From Acidobacteriota bacterium (lineage in GTDB: Bacteria; Acidobacteriota; CAIWXX01), in NCBI GenBank assembly GCA_040755995.1, contig JBFMAF010000020.1, forward strand, positions 1 through 64,000: a DNA stretch of 64,000 bases. The letters are read 5' to 3'. The first letter of the stretch is position 1, and every line of letters begins with the position of its first letter. Both the position numbers and the translations under genes were made by a program. Shown here piece after piece: positions 10,175 to 19,800 of the stretch. The notes beneath the pieces were generated by a model that saw only the letters and a list, made by a program, of their open reading frames with translations, did not search any database and had not been told where the DNA came from.

Positions 10175-10930
10175 TCAGAATCGGTAGCCGACGTGCAGCA
10201 GGCCCGAGGTGCGGTTGCCCAGCCCACCCTCGATGTCCACACGCCAGTGTTCGCCCAGGCCGAGATTCACGCCTGCGATGAAGTTCCAGGGTTGGGCTTC
10301 GTGTAGTGTCACCGAGAACGGCACGGTGCCAAGAACCGGGACCGTGTACGTGCCCTTGTGTTTTTCCTCAGCCTTCTGATACATGGCTCCCGCATAGACT
10401 GCGCCCCTGCTGAACGTGACGCCGGCCCTTGGGGTGACAATCCACGCGGTCACCGAAGAGTCGGTCAGATCGAGGTCCGTGCCGGTGTATTGCGTGGTCA
10501 AAGTGCCGAAGAAGCGCCCGTGACCGGCTGCGAGAGTGAATCCGCCACCGTAGACGATACCGTCATACTCTACAGTAATGTCGCCGAGCGGAATGCCGAG
10601 GTTAAGCTCCGAGACCTTCACGTCGGTCTTGCCGTCCACACGGCCGACAAGTGCCATGACATCCAGGAAAGGCAGAAGCCAGTAGTCGAAGGTCGCGTGG
10701 ATAGACGTGGTGTCATTGGTCACGCTGAGACCCTTCGCCACATTCGGGTCCATACCGGGGATTCCCAACGACAGGCTGTCGATCACGTAGTCCTGGTTCT
10801 GTGCATAGAGCGAAATGCCGATTCCGAAAGGCCTGGGCCCTTTCTGCTCGGATTCGGCCTGACCCCAGGCTCCGGCGACACCGATGAGAAGACTCAACGC
10901 CAGGATGCAGACCGCGCACGTCTTGACCAT
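10175..10930 (-). CDS. Small outer-membrane beta-barrel protein
   Basis: Signal peptide, alternating amphipathic strands, C-terminal LHVGYRF beta-signal. Confidence 0.8.
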   Translation of the reverse strand: MVKTCAVCILALSLLIGVAGAWGQAESEQKGPRPFGIGISLYAQNQDYVIDSLSLGIPGMDPNVAKGLSVTNDTTSIHATFDYWLLPFLDVMALVGRVDGKTDVKVSELNLGIPLGDITVEYDGIVYGGGFTLAAGHGRFFGTLTTQYTGTDLDLTDSSVTAWIVTPRAGVTFSRGAVYAGAMYQKAEEKHKGTYTVPVLGTVPFSVTLHEAQPWNFIAGVNLGLGEHWRVDIEGGLGNRTSGLLHVGYRF

Positions 10931-11009
10931 TGTAGCCCCTTTCTAGTTGGAGGATTCGGTTGAGAGCGAACCGGCTTCGGAAATCCGTTCGCACGACGAG
11001 TACGGATAC

Positions 11010-11064
11010 AGCGCGTCATGCACTACGTCCACTCGTCTTATCTGTTGTGGACGCATGACGCGCT
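11010..11064. other. Long stem-loop upstream of the outer-membrane protein gene
   Basis: AGCGCGTCATGC (11010-11021) pairs with GCATGACGCGCT (11053-11064); inner GTCCAC/GTGGAC stem; 5-nt bulge, 14-nt loop. Confidence 0.55.
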
Positions 11065-11261
11065 TCATAGATGAGATATCGACGCATGCCTTCATTGTTG
11101 AGACCCGGAGAGAAACCGGCAGGCGAGCGCGCCTGCGGCCCTTCCAGCATGCGGCTCTGCCCACGACGCCAGAAAGCCTAATCGGGAGGCGGCCAGCGTG
11201 TCAAACACGCAAAGGCGTTGGCGGCGCCTCATGGCGTCCGTGTGGGGTCGATCCTCGCACG

Positions 11262-12299
11262 CTACGACAGCTGCAGTCGAGCGGATACGGTCATCCCCGG
11301 GCGGAGCTCCTCATTCTCGTTCTTCACGCGGACCTTCACCCGATAGATTCGTTTGGCCTGCTCGGTGCGTGTCGGAAAGGTGATGAATTCGATCGTGCCC
11401 GTGTACTTCCTCCCCTTGAGCGACTCACAGACCACCTCGACGGCCTGTCCCACCTTGATACGATCCACGAGAGACTCGTCGACGTAGGCCCTGAACCAGA
11501 TGTCGTCGAGGTCCGCGACGGTGACGACCTTGGTGCCGACATTGACGACCTCGCCGACGCCGGCGTCGCGGCTGATCACGCGCCCCGTGATCGGGGAGAC
11601 CAGCTTGCCGTAGCCGGACTGAGTCTGCGCAAGAAGGTGCGATTGCCGGGCCTGCTCCAGATGAGCCTCGGCCTCCCGTACGCGCGCCTCCGCCACCTTG
11701 ATCTCCTCCGGCCGCGGGCCCTCCTTGAGCAGCGCCAGCGCCTCTGCCGCCTTTTTCTGCTCCGCCTCCGCGAGGCGATAGGCGGTTTCGGCCGAATCCA
11801 GCACCTTCTTCGGTTGCGATCCCGCGTTGTAGAGCTCCCGCGTGCGGTTCAGCTCGACGGCGGCGTTGTCGAGCCGGCTCTGCGCCGCCGCAAGCCCCTG
11901 CCGCGCCTGTTCGATTTCCTGAGCGCGCGCGCCGCGCGCCACCTGCGCAAGCTGAGCACGCGCCGACTCCACCGCAGCCTCGGCGCTCAAAACCTCCGTG
12001 CGGGCGCTCTGCTCCCGCTGCGTCAGCTCCGTGGCGTCCAACGTGGCGAGGGTCTCGCCCTTCTGTATCTGCTGCCCTTCGTCGACCAGCACCGCGGCGA
12101 TCCGGCCCATCGTCTGGAAGCCGAGCTCCGTCGTCATACACTCGATCGGGCCGGTCAGCAGGACCTCATTCCTCCCGACACCGCCGGGCCGGCACGAGAC
12201 AGCGGCAAGAATACAGGCGGCCAATCCGGCCGCAAGTACATATGCATTCGGCAGACCTGAGAATTCCATAGTCGAAATCCGATGTCGTTTCCTGCTCAT
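11262..12299 (-). CDS. HlyD-family periplasmic adaptor (YbhG-like)
   Basis: Lipoyl half-motifs GRIAAVLVDEGQQIQKGETLATLD and LVSPITGRV, long coiled coil with GPRPEEI, LRPGM; purine-rich SD before ATG 12299. Confidence 0.9.
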   Translation of the reverse strand: MSRKRHRISTMEFSGLPNAYVLAAGLAACILAAVSCRPGGVGRNEVLLTGPIECMTTELGFQTMGRIAAVLVDEGQQIQKGETLATLDATELTQREQSARTEVLSAEAAVESARAQLAQVARGARAQEIEQARQGLAAAQSRLDNAAVELNRTRELYNAGSQPKKVLDSAETAYRLAEAEQKKAAEALALLKEGPRPEEIKVAEARVREAEAHLEQARQSHLLAQTQSGYGKLVSPITGRVISRDAGVGEVVNVGTKVVTVADLDDIWFRAYVDESLVDRIKVGQAVEVVCESLKGRKYTGTIEFITFPTRTEQAKRIYRVKVRVKNENEELRPGMTVSARLQLS

Positions 12300-12360
12300 A
12301 CCCTCTTCCTTTGCCACAGTCCCGACTGAGAATGCATGCGATGAGAAGTTCCCGGTGCGA

Positions 12361-13686
12361 TCAGGGCTGTTCTCCGATAGCTTTCTTATACAACGCCCAC
12401 CCCACCAGGTAGTCATGGACTGCCGTGACGTAGTGGATGCGAGCCTCTTCTAGTGCGATCTGGGTGTCCATCAACTCGAGGTTTGTGACGACTCCGTTGG
12501 CGTAGCTGATGTTAGCGATCGCGATGGCCTCCTGTGCCTGCGCGACATTGTGCTTCTGCGACTCGATGACCTCCGCGGCCCGCTGCAACTCCAGCCCAGC
12601 CTGGATCACCTCTACCTCGATGTCGCGCCAGGCCTGGTCTTCCTGGATGCGCGCCTGCGCGGCCTTGAGCTTCTCCTGGTGTGCCTGGTGGAAGCTGGGG
12701 ATGTTCAGCACCGGCACGGTCACCAGCAGGCCAAAGGTCCAGTTGCTGTGGCGATCGGTGAACAGCGTGTTGAGGGCGTCGGATCGGAGCTCCTCGGAGA
12801 AGAACGCTCCAACTGTCGGCTTGTATCCGGCGCGGGCCACCCTCTCGGATTGCTCTCGGATCTCTCTTGTCAACCGCGCGATGCGCAGCTCGGGCCTGTT
12901 CTCGGCGGCGGCGCGCACTGCCGTGCTCAGATCGGGCCTCTCCGGCTGGCACTCGATCTCGCCGGAAACAGCCAGCGCGTCGGTCTGCGCAACACCGAGC
13001 GTGTTCTTGAGCTGTGCCATCGCCAGGTCCACGTCGTTCCTTGCCCGAATCTCCTCGGGCGTGAGGTTGGCGAGCTGGACCTGGGCACGAAGCAGGTCGA
13101 ACCGCGACACGTCGCCCGCTTCCAGCCGCTTCTCCACGTCCGCCAGGTGGCGTCTGTTCTGCTCGATCAGCTCCTGCTTGATCTTGTGCACATGCTGTGC
13201 GAGCAGCACCGCGTAGTACTGTCGGGTGATAGTAACGCCGAGATCGAGACGGAGCAGCCGGTCACGCTCGTTCTGCAGCTCCTGCTCTCGATGAGCCAGC
13301 CTCAGGCTGGTCATGTTGCGCCCGCCGGCGTAAATAGACTGGTCGATCTGGAAGCGGGCATAAATCTCACCGGTGTAGCCGAACCAGAACCCGGGGTCCT
13401 TCTCCAAGCCCTGCAGCAGCCGCGGATCGATCGTGAACACTGCATCCCTGCTGTAGAGCCCTGTCATGAACGACGCCGTGGGGTAGAACAGCGCCCTGTT
13501 GCGCTTGATGCCTTCCTGTGCCTCGTCGATGCGCCTGGCGGACTCCGTCAGCCTCGGGTTCCTGGACATCCCCAGCTTGAGCGCGTCGTCCAGACTGGCG
13601 ACCGTGTAGTCTCCTGCCGATACGATGGCGGCCGAACACAGCAGAAGCAGAGCAAGCGTGGAGAGTACAGAGAGATAGTCACGCAT
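12361..13686 (-). CDS. TolC-family outer-membrane efflux protein
   Basis: Signal peptide from MRDYLS; SLDDALKLGMSRNP, GDVSRFDLLRAQVQL, YANGVVTNLELMD repeats. Confidence 0.92.
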   Translation of the reverse strand: MRDYLSVLSTLALLLLCSAAIVSAGDYTVASLDDALKLGMSRNPRLTESARRIDEAQEGIKRNRALFYPTASFMTGLYSRDAVFTIDPRLLQGLEKDPGFWFGYTGEIYARFQIDQSIYAGGRNMTSLRLAHREQELQNERDRLLRLDLGVTITRQYYAVLLAQHVHKIKQELIEQNRRHLADVEKRLEAGDVSRFDLLRAQVQLANLTPEEIRARNDVDLAMAQLKNTLGVAQTDALAVSGEIECQPERPDLSTAVRAAAENRPELRIARLTREIREQSERVARAGYKPTVGAFFSEELRSDALNTLFTDRHSNWTFGLLVTVPVLNIPSFHQAHQEKLKAAQARIQEDQAWRDIEVEVIQAGLELQRAAEVIESQKHNVAQAQEAIAIANISYANGVVTNLELMDTQIALEEARIHYVTAVHDYLVGWALYKKAIGEQP

Positions 13687-13820
13687 CAGGCTTTTCCTCG
13701 GGATTGGTGGAGACGGAATGCGCCAGCCGTCTTCGCCCGCAGGCGCAGAGTCACCGTCCAGGAGATTGCAACGGGGTCCGGTGGAAGCGGCGAGCATCAT
13801 CAGCGTCTAAACGGGAATCG

Positions 13821-13850
13821 AGGGTAACAGAGAACACCTAAGACTGTCAA
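13821..13850 (-). promoter_or_regulatory. Putative sigma-70 promoter for the TolC-HlyD genes
   Basis: Minus strand TTGACA-N18-TACCCT with a TG extended -10. Confidence 0.5.
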
Positions 13851-13988
13851 ACGCGCCTCCTGCCGCTGCCGCTGCGATGCGCTCGGGATCGACTGTTCCC
13901 CACCCTCGGCTCAGGTCTGCTTGCCCCACACCCGAATACCGTTTGCCTGGCTGCGGAGCACAGCTCCTCATCGAAACTCGGGGAGAGC

Positions 13989-14029
13989 TTGATTCCTAGT
14001 CTACTTTACATTAGACTACTCATGAGTAG
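13989..14029 (+). promoter_or_regulatory. Putative promoter overlapped by palindromic operator-like sites
   Basis: TTGATT-N17-TAGACT; TAGTCTA-N8-TAGACTA (13997-14018); perfect palindrome CTACTCATGAGTAG (14016-14029). Confidence 0.6.
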
Positions 14030-14036
14030 ACCAGCA

Positions 14037-15434
14037 ATGCAATTCATCGATCGAGAGAAGGAGCTTGCGGCTCTGGAAAAAGCATGGCAGGGGGACGAAG
14101 CGCAACTCCTGGTGATCTACGGCAAGCGGCGGGTCGGCAAGACGGAACTCATCAAGCAATTCATCAGGGACAAGCCCCATGTGTACTTCCTCAGCCAGCG
14201 CGTCAATGATATCGACAACCGCCGCTGGCTGGCTGAGCTGGCGGCCGAGCACTTCAAAGACGATTTCCTGCGGACAACGGGCTTCGCCGACTGGCGCGCC
14301 TTCTTCCAATATGGCCGGGACCGGATCAGGACGAGGACCGTCCTGGCTATCGACGAATTCCCCTACCTGGCAGAATCAGAGAAGGGGTTGCCATCGATCT
14401 TCCAGGCCGGATGGGACGAGTATCTCCGGAAAACGCCCGTTTTCCTGATCCTTTGCGGTTCGAGCATAGCCATGATGGAGAGCGATGTCCTGGCCGAAAA
14501 ATCCCCGCTATTCGGAAGGAGGACGGGGCAGATCCAGTTGAAACCATTCCGCTTCGCCGAGGCCCGAAGATTCTTTCCGCGGGCATCCTTCGACAGGTGT
14601 CTCGAGCTTTATGCCTTGGCGGGAGGCAATCCCAGCTACTTGAAGAGGCTGGATCCGGATCGCTCGGTCCTCGACAATATCATCGCACAGGTCCTCCCGC
14701 CCGAGGCATTCCTTGCCCGCGAAGTTGAGTTCCTGCTCAGGGAAGAGCTCCGGGAACCGCGCAATTACTTCGCCATCCTGAAAGCGATCGCCTTCGGCAA
14801 GAGCAAGATCGGCGAAATCGTCAATGACACCGGCCTCGACAAAGGGATCCTACACCGGTATCTCTTCACGCTCGACGACCTGCAGGTCATCTACAAGGAG
14901 GTACCTGTCACTGAGCGCCTGCCGCTCAAATCCCGTAAGGGCCTCTATCGTATCCAGGATCAATTCATCAAGTTCTGGTTCCGCCACATCCTACCAAATC
15001 GGACATCGATTGAAGAAGGCCGCGTCGAGAGGCTTGTTCCGCGCCTTGAATCGGACTTTCCAGCTCTCGTCGCGGAAAACTACGAAAGACTCGCCGCTGA
15101 CATCGTCCGAGCGCACGAGGACCTCTTCTTTCCGATGGACGCCGTTGGCCGATGGTGGAACAGGGAAGAGGAGATCGACGTGGCAGCGACTAACGAGGAA
15201 CGCCGGGAAATCCTCCTCGGCGAGGCCAAGTGGAGCCTTCGTCCCGTCGGGACAGACGTTTTTCGGGATCTGAAGCGGAAAGCTCCCCTCGTCGATTGGC
15301 ACGACGGCGAGAGGACGGAACGATTCTGCCTATTCTCAAGAAGCGGCTTTACGAAAGATATGCGTGAGCTCGCTCGCAGGGAGAGGGTCGTGTTGTTCCA
15401 CAAAGATCAGAAAGTGGATCTGCATCTAACCTGA
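14037..15434 (+). CDS. AAA ATPase (archaeal-type ATPase + wHTH + DUF234 PD-(D/E)xK-like domain)
   Basis: FIDREKEL, Walker A YGKRRVGKT, Walker B IDEFPY, LCGSS, SPLFGRRTG, C-terminal EIDV...GEAKWS; alternative start 14022. Confidence 0.9.
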   Translation: MQFIDREKELAALEKAWQGDEAQLLVIYGKRRVGKTELIKQFIRDKPHVYFLSQRVNDIDNRRWLAELAAEHFKDDFLRTTGFADWRAFFQYGRDRIRTRTVLAIDEFPYLAESEKGLPSIFQAGWDEYLRKTPVFLILCGSSIAMMESDVLAEKSPLFGRRTGQIQLKPFRFAEARRFFPRASFDRCLELYALAGGNPSYLKRLDPDRSVLDNIIAQVLPPEAFLAREVEFLLREELREPRNYFAILKAIAFGKSKIGEIVNDTGLDKGILHRYLFTLDDLQVIYKEVPVTERLPLKSRKGLYRIQDQFIKFWFRHILPNRTSIEEGRVERLVPRLESDFPALVAENYERLAADIVRAHEDLFFPMDAVGRWWNREEEIDVAATNEERREILLGEAKWSLRPVGTDVFRDLKRKAPLVDWHDGERTERFCLFSRSGFTKDMRELARRERVVLFHKDQKVDLHLT

Positions 15435-15804
15435 TGGTGGCCTGCTGGGTCACTCTGCAAGCCGCTGGATACGGGCGCGCCGTTGCCGGGAATGAATGAC
15501 AGAGGAGATCAAGACGCGGACTACGGGTCGAAAGCACTGGTCCCCCCGTTCCAGCCCCGGCCTCGGAAGGGGCGTCGCGGCATTGCCTCCCAGTCTCCAC
15601 CCAGTCGGTGTCTACCATTGGTTCACCACGCCCAGCCCGGGTCTTCCGGATGATCGCGAGGCAACTCCCCGGGACGCCCCCTATCTCATCCTACCGCCCT
15701 ACCGCGCGGCGCTGTTGATGCGGCGCGAGTGTGTCGGCTAGGATGTGAACGTGTAGGCGGTCTTTTCATCGTTCACCGAGCCAACGGTGTCGGGGGGATT
15801 TCGC

Positions 15805-18800
15805 ATGAGTGCTGAATATCTGATGGGACTCGACTTGGGCAGCAGCGGGGTACGATGCCTCATCGTGCGGCCGGACGGATCAGTGATTGGTTCCGGCGCG
15901 CGAGGTTGGAGGCCGGCGCCTGCGCGTGAGGTAGGACCCCTCTGTTTCACGATGGACCTCGACGAGATACGTCGCATCCTGGGCCAGGTGGTCCGGGAAG
16001 CGATGGGGAGATCGGCGATCCAGGCCACGGATATCGCAGGCCTCGCCTGCGCGGCCATGCGCTTCTCGTTCATCTTGATCGACTGCGATGGAAAGGAGCT
16101 GGTGGCGATCCCCAACCTGGATGTCCGTGCGTCGGCGGAATACCTGGAGATCGCCCGCGAGCATGGACAGATGTTCCACGGACGAACGGGCCACTGGCCG
16201 CTGCCGATCTTCGCTGCCGTCCGGCTGCTTCATCTATCTCGGTCCGCCCCGGAGCTTCTGAGCAAGGCAACTGCATTCCTCACGCTGGGTGACTGGGTCG
16301 GCCTGAGGCTCACCGGTCGAATCGCCACGGACCCCACTCATGCCGCAGAGACGATGACGTTTGATATCGAGCGGCGAGAGTGGGCCTGGGACCTCGTGGA
16401 TATGCTCGCGCTGCCCCGAGCGATCTTTCCTGACGTCTTGGGTGCCGGCGCGATCCTGGGATCGCTCACCGCCGAAGCTGCTGAGTGGCTTGGTCTCAGA
16501 CAAGGCACCCCCGTCGCTGTGGGATGCGCCGACACCCAATCGGCGCTGCTTGGCGCGGGAGCGATCGAGCCAGGCGATCTCGCAGTAGTGGCGGGGAGCA
16601 GCACACCCGTTCAGCTGGTCCTCGACGCACCGTTCATCGATCGAGAGGCCCGCGCCTGGACCGGCTGTCATGCCGCTCCAGACAAGGTCGTTCTGGAAAG
16701 CACCGCCGGCACGATGGGAGACGCACTCGACGCGGCCGCCCGCGTTCTCTATCCAGACTCCCGGAATCCAGTCTCGCGGCTGCTGGCTGAGGCCAGCCTG
16801 GCGATAGCAGGCAGCGGCGGTGTCATTTCTTCTTTCGGCACCAGCGTCATGTGCGCCTCCAGGATGACGCTGCCCGCGGGCAACATCTCACTCAGCCACT
16901 TCGCACTCGCAGGGGGCGGTCAAGACCGCGGCTGCATTCCACGGGCGATTCTCGAAGGCATGGCTTTCGCGGTCCGCGCGAACGCCGATCAGCTGCGACG
17001 GATAAGAACGTTCGATTCGGAGCGCGTGCGTCTCGCCGGCGGCCTGGCTCGCAACGCCCTCTGGAACCAGCTTGTCTCCGACGTGCTCGGGCAATCACTG
17101 GCAGTTTCGACGCAATGTGATTCGAGCGCGCTCGGTGCCTGCATTTGCGCGGGGGTTGCCGGTCAGGTGTTCGACTCGGTGCGGTCGGGCGTACAGGCAC
17201 TCGCACGCACCTGCGATGTCCAGCCCCATGCTGAACGGGTGCGGCTCTACCGGGACCGCTATGACGAGTGGCTGCGAATGCGGGACGCGCAGACCGAGCC
17301 GGATCAGATATTCGCCGACTCAGTGCTTCGGCGGATGTCCGTGGCGCCGCGATCTGTGCCGGCCAGAACGGCGAAGAAGCCGCACCTTCGGATTCTGGTG
17401 ACTGCTGAGCTGGATCAGGGAGCTCTCTCGGAGCTACGAGCTCTGGGAGAAGTGACGTATTCGAGCTATCGGGAGGAACTGCGAGTCTTGACCGGCGATG
17501 CGCTTGTCGAGGCGCTGAAGGGATTCCAGGTGCTTGTCACCGAGGCGGACATCGTCGACGCCGCGGCTCTCGAGCAGCTACCCGATCTCAGGGTCGTCGC
17601 CGTGTGCCGTAACGACGTGGTCAACGTGGATCTCAGTGCATGCACACGGTCGGGTATTGTTGTCTTCAACACACCGGGCCGGAACGCCGCCGCCGTGGCC
17701 GATCTCACGGTGCTGTTCTTGCTCATGCTGGCACGCAGGATGCCGCGAGCGGCGGCGTTCCTGAAGGAACACGGCGGCGAGGCCGGTGACCACGGGCGCA
17801 TGGGGATGGCGCACCTGGAGCTTCAAGGCCGCGAGCCCGGTCGCACGGTCGTCGGGCTGGTCGGGTTCGGATGGGTCGGCCGAGCGGTAGCGCGACGGCT
17901 CACGGGCTTTGACACCCGCGTGCTCGTCCACGATCCGTATGTCGACCCGGCGGAGATCTTCATGGCGGATGCCGCACCGGCCGATCTGGATACGTTGCTG
18001 TCGGAGAGCGACTTCGTCAGCTTGCATGCGCCCCTGACGGCCGAGACGACAGGGATGCTCGACGGAGCGAGGCTGGCGCGGATGAAACGCGGAGCCTCGC
18101 TCATCAACACGGCGCGTGCCGGTTTGGTCGACACCGCGGCCTTGATCGATGCGCTGCGCAGCGGACACCTCGCAGGCGCCGCTGTTGATGTGTTCGAGGA
18201 GGAACCGCCTGCATCCGATCACCCGTTACTCGCAATACCGAACGTCATCGCCACGCCGCACATCGGCGGCAACACCGTGGAGGTGGCGAGTCACCAGGGG
18301 CGAATCGTCGCGGATGCGCTCCGGGCGATAGTGGCCGGAGAGAAGCCGCGGTGCGTGCTCAACCCGGAAACCCTCGGCGACCTTCGTTGGGATGCTGCGC
18401 GTACAGGGCGACCTGCGGAAGACCTTGGGGCAGACAGCCGCGGGCCGGCACTCGATGTCACCGACCTGCAACGGGCGGGGCGCCCGTCGGATCCCAGCTC
18501 CAAGGTTTCGGCAACCGAGCTAGCGAAGGGGCAGCCCGTGGCGGGGCCGCCACCGATCGAGAGTGTGAAGCCCGTTGTCGGGCAGATGGAGCGGATCATC
18601 AGATCGTTCGTCAATCGCATCGGCGCGGACGCGCGCCTCAGGGCATTCGCCGCCAGGAATACGGTGATCAGCCACTACGTGCTAAGCGACCTGGGCACGG
18701 AGTTTCACTTCGGCTTCGAGCACGGTGCGGTGATCGGCGGACTCGGCCCACCGGGCAGACCGGCGGACGTCCGTCTCAGGGCGACGGCTGAGATTCTGGA

Positions 18801-19653
18801 CGGCGTCCTCTCCGGAAAGCTCAGCGGAGCCCGGATGGCAGTCACGGGTAAGCTCGCCTTCAGCGGCAACATCCGTCTGGCGATGAGCATGCAGCGGATC
18901 AGCAGTGAGGTCATGGAGGCATACAACCTCGCGCGCGATGAGGCCGGAGGAATAGAGTTCGGGCCGGAAGCCGCCCCAGCGCGCGAGGCTCCCGCCGTCG
19001 TTCGTCGTGAACCGGCCGGCGCAGATGACCCGAGAGCGGCGATCGTCGAGGTCGTTCGCGAGCTGTTCGATGCCGGTATGATCACGCCGACAGGCGGAAA
19101 CGTCAGCACCCGAGCGCCTGACGGCGGCGAGCTGTGGATCACGCCGAGCCAGCTGTACAAGGGGAGGCTTGGCCCGGAGCTGATGGTGCGGATCGACTTG
19201 GATGGCGTCCCGGTGGATCCGGATGCGTGGGCTCCGTCGAGCGAGTGGATGCTCCACTGCGACATCTACAAGGCGCGGCCTGACGTCCATTCCGTCATAC
19301 ACGCACATGCTCCCTACGCAACGATGCTCGTTCTCGCCGACCTCCCGTTCTCTCCCGTGACGTGCGAGGCGGCGTTGTTCGGCGACCTGCCGCGCGTGCC
19401 GTTCGTTTTTCCGGGCACTCCGGAGCTCGCAAGATCGGTGGTGGCGGCGCTGGGCAAGGGACGAGCCGTGTTGCTCCAGAATCACGGGGTCGTGGTGGCG
19501 TCGAGCAGTCTGAGGCAGGCGGCCAACGAGGTCGAGATGATCGAACGCGCCTCGCAGCTGATCGTCGGCTGCGCGATGGCCGGCAAGAAGCCGGTGAGGA
19601 TGCCGAAGGAACACCTGGAGATGATGCGTGAAATCGGCGGGCTGATGGGATGA
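15805..19653 (+). CDS. Multidomain enzyme: FGGY sugar kinase + D-2-hydroxyacid dehydrogenase + SCP2 domain + class II aldolase
   Basis: GLDLGSSGVR / GCADTQ / AGGLARN (FGGY); GLVGFGWVG, INTARAG, DVFEEEP, TPHIGG (dehydrogenase); ADVRLRATAEILDGVLSG...TGKLAFSGN (SCP2); GGNVS, PSSE, HAH, LLQNHG (aldolase). Confidence 0.9.
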   Translation: MSAEYLMGLDLGSSGVRCLIVRPDGSVIGSGARGWRPAPAREVGPLCFTMDLDEIRRILGQVVREAMGRSAIQATDIAGLACAAMRFSFILIDCDGKELVAIPNLDVRASAEYLEIAREHGQMFHGRTGHWPLPIFAAVRLLHLSRSAPELLSKATAFLTLGDWVGLRLTGRIATDPTHAAETMTFDIERREWAWDLVDMLALPRAIFPDVLGAGAILGSLTAEAAEWLGLRQGTPVAVGCADTQSALLGAGAIEPGDLAVVAGSSTPVQLVLDAPFIDREARAWTGCHAAPDKVVLESTAGTMGDALDAAARVLYPDSRNPVSRLLAEASLAIAGSGGVISSFGTSVMCASRMTLPAGNISLSHFALAGGGQDRGCIPRAILEGMAFAVRANADQLRRIRTFDSERVRLAGGLARNALWNQLVSDVLGQSLAVSTQCDSSALGACICAGVAGQVFDSVRSGVQALARTCDVQPHAERVRLYRDRYDEWLRMRDAQTEPDQIFADSVLRRMSVAPRSVPARTAKKPHLRILVTAELDQGALSELRALGEVTYSSYREELRVLTGDALVEALKGFQVLVTEADIVDAAALEQLPDLRVVAVCRNDVVNVDLSACTRSGIVVFNTPGRNAAAVADLTVLFLLMLARRMPRAAAFLKEHGGEAGDHGRMGMAHLELQGREPGRTVVGLVGFGWVGRAVARRLTGFDTRVLVHDPYVDPAEIFMADAAPADLDTLLSESDFVSLHAPLTAETTGMLDGARLARMKRGASLINTARAGLVDTAALIDALRSGHLAGAAVDVFEEEPPASDHPLLAIPNVIATPHIGGNTVEVASHQGRIVADALRAIVAGEKPRCVLNPETLGDLRWDAARTGRPAEDLGADSRGPALDVTDLQRAGRPSDPSSKVSATELAKGQPVAGPPPIESVKPVVGQMERIIRSFVNRIGADARLRAFAARNTVISHYVLSDLGTEFHFGFEHGAVIGGLGPPGRPADVRLRATAEILDGVLSGKLSGARMAVTGKLAFSGNIRLAMSMQRISSEVMEAYNLARDEAGGIEFGPEAAPAREAPAVVRREPAGADDPRAAIVEVVRELFDAGMITPTGGNVSTRAPDGGELWITPSQLYKGRLGPELMVRIDLDGVPVDPDAWAPSSEWMLHCDIYKARPDVHSVIHAHAPYATMLVLADLPFSPVTCEAALFGDLPRVPFVFPGTPELARSVVAALGKGRAVLLQNHGVVVASSSLRQAANEVEMIERASQLIVGCAMAGKKPVRMPKEHLEMMREIGGLMG

Positions 19654-19800
19654 GCTGCTGTGCGATGCTCGCATTATGGTGCGGGCGTGCGCCGCACGCC
19701 TCTGCTCGTTTCGATTGGTCTGAGATGATTTGTGCGGCAGGCGAGCATCGTGCTAGTCTTGGCGCGTCTTCGAAGAAAGTGACCCCCAAGGAGACACCGG

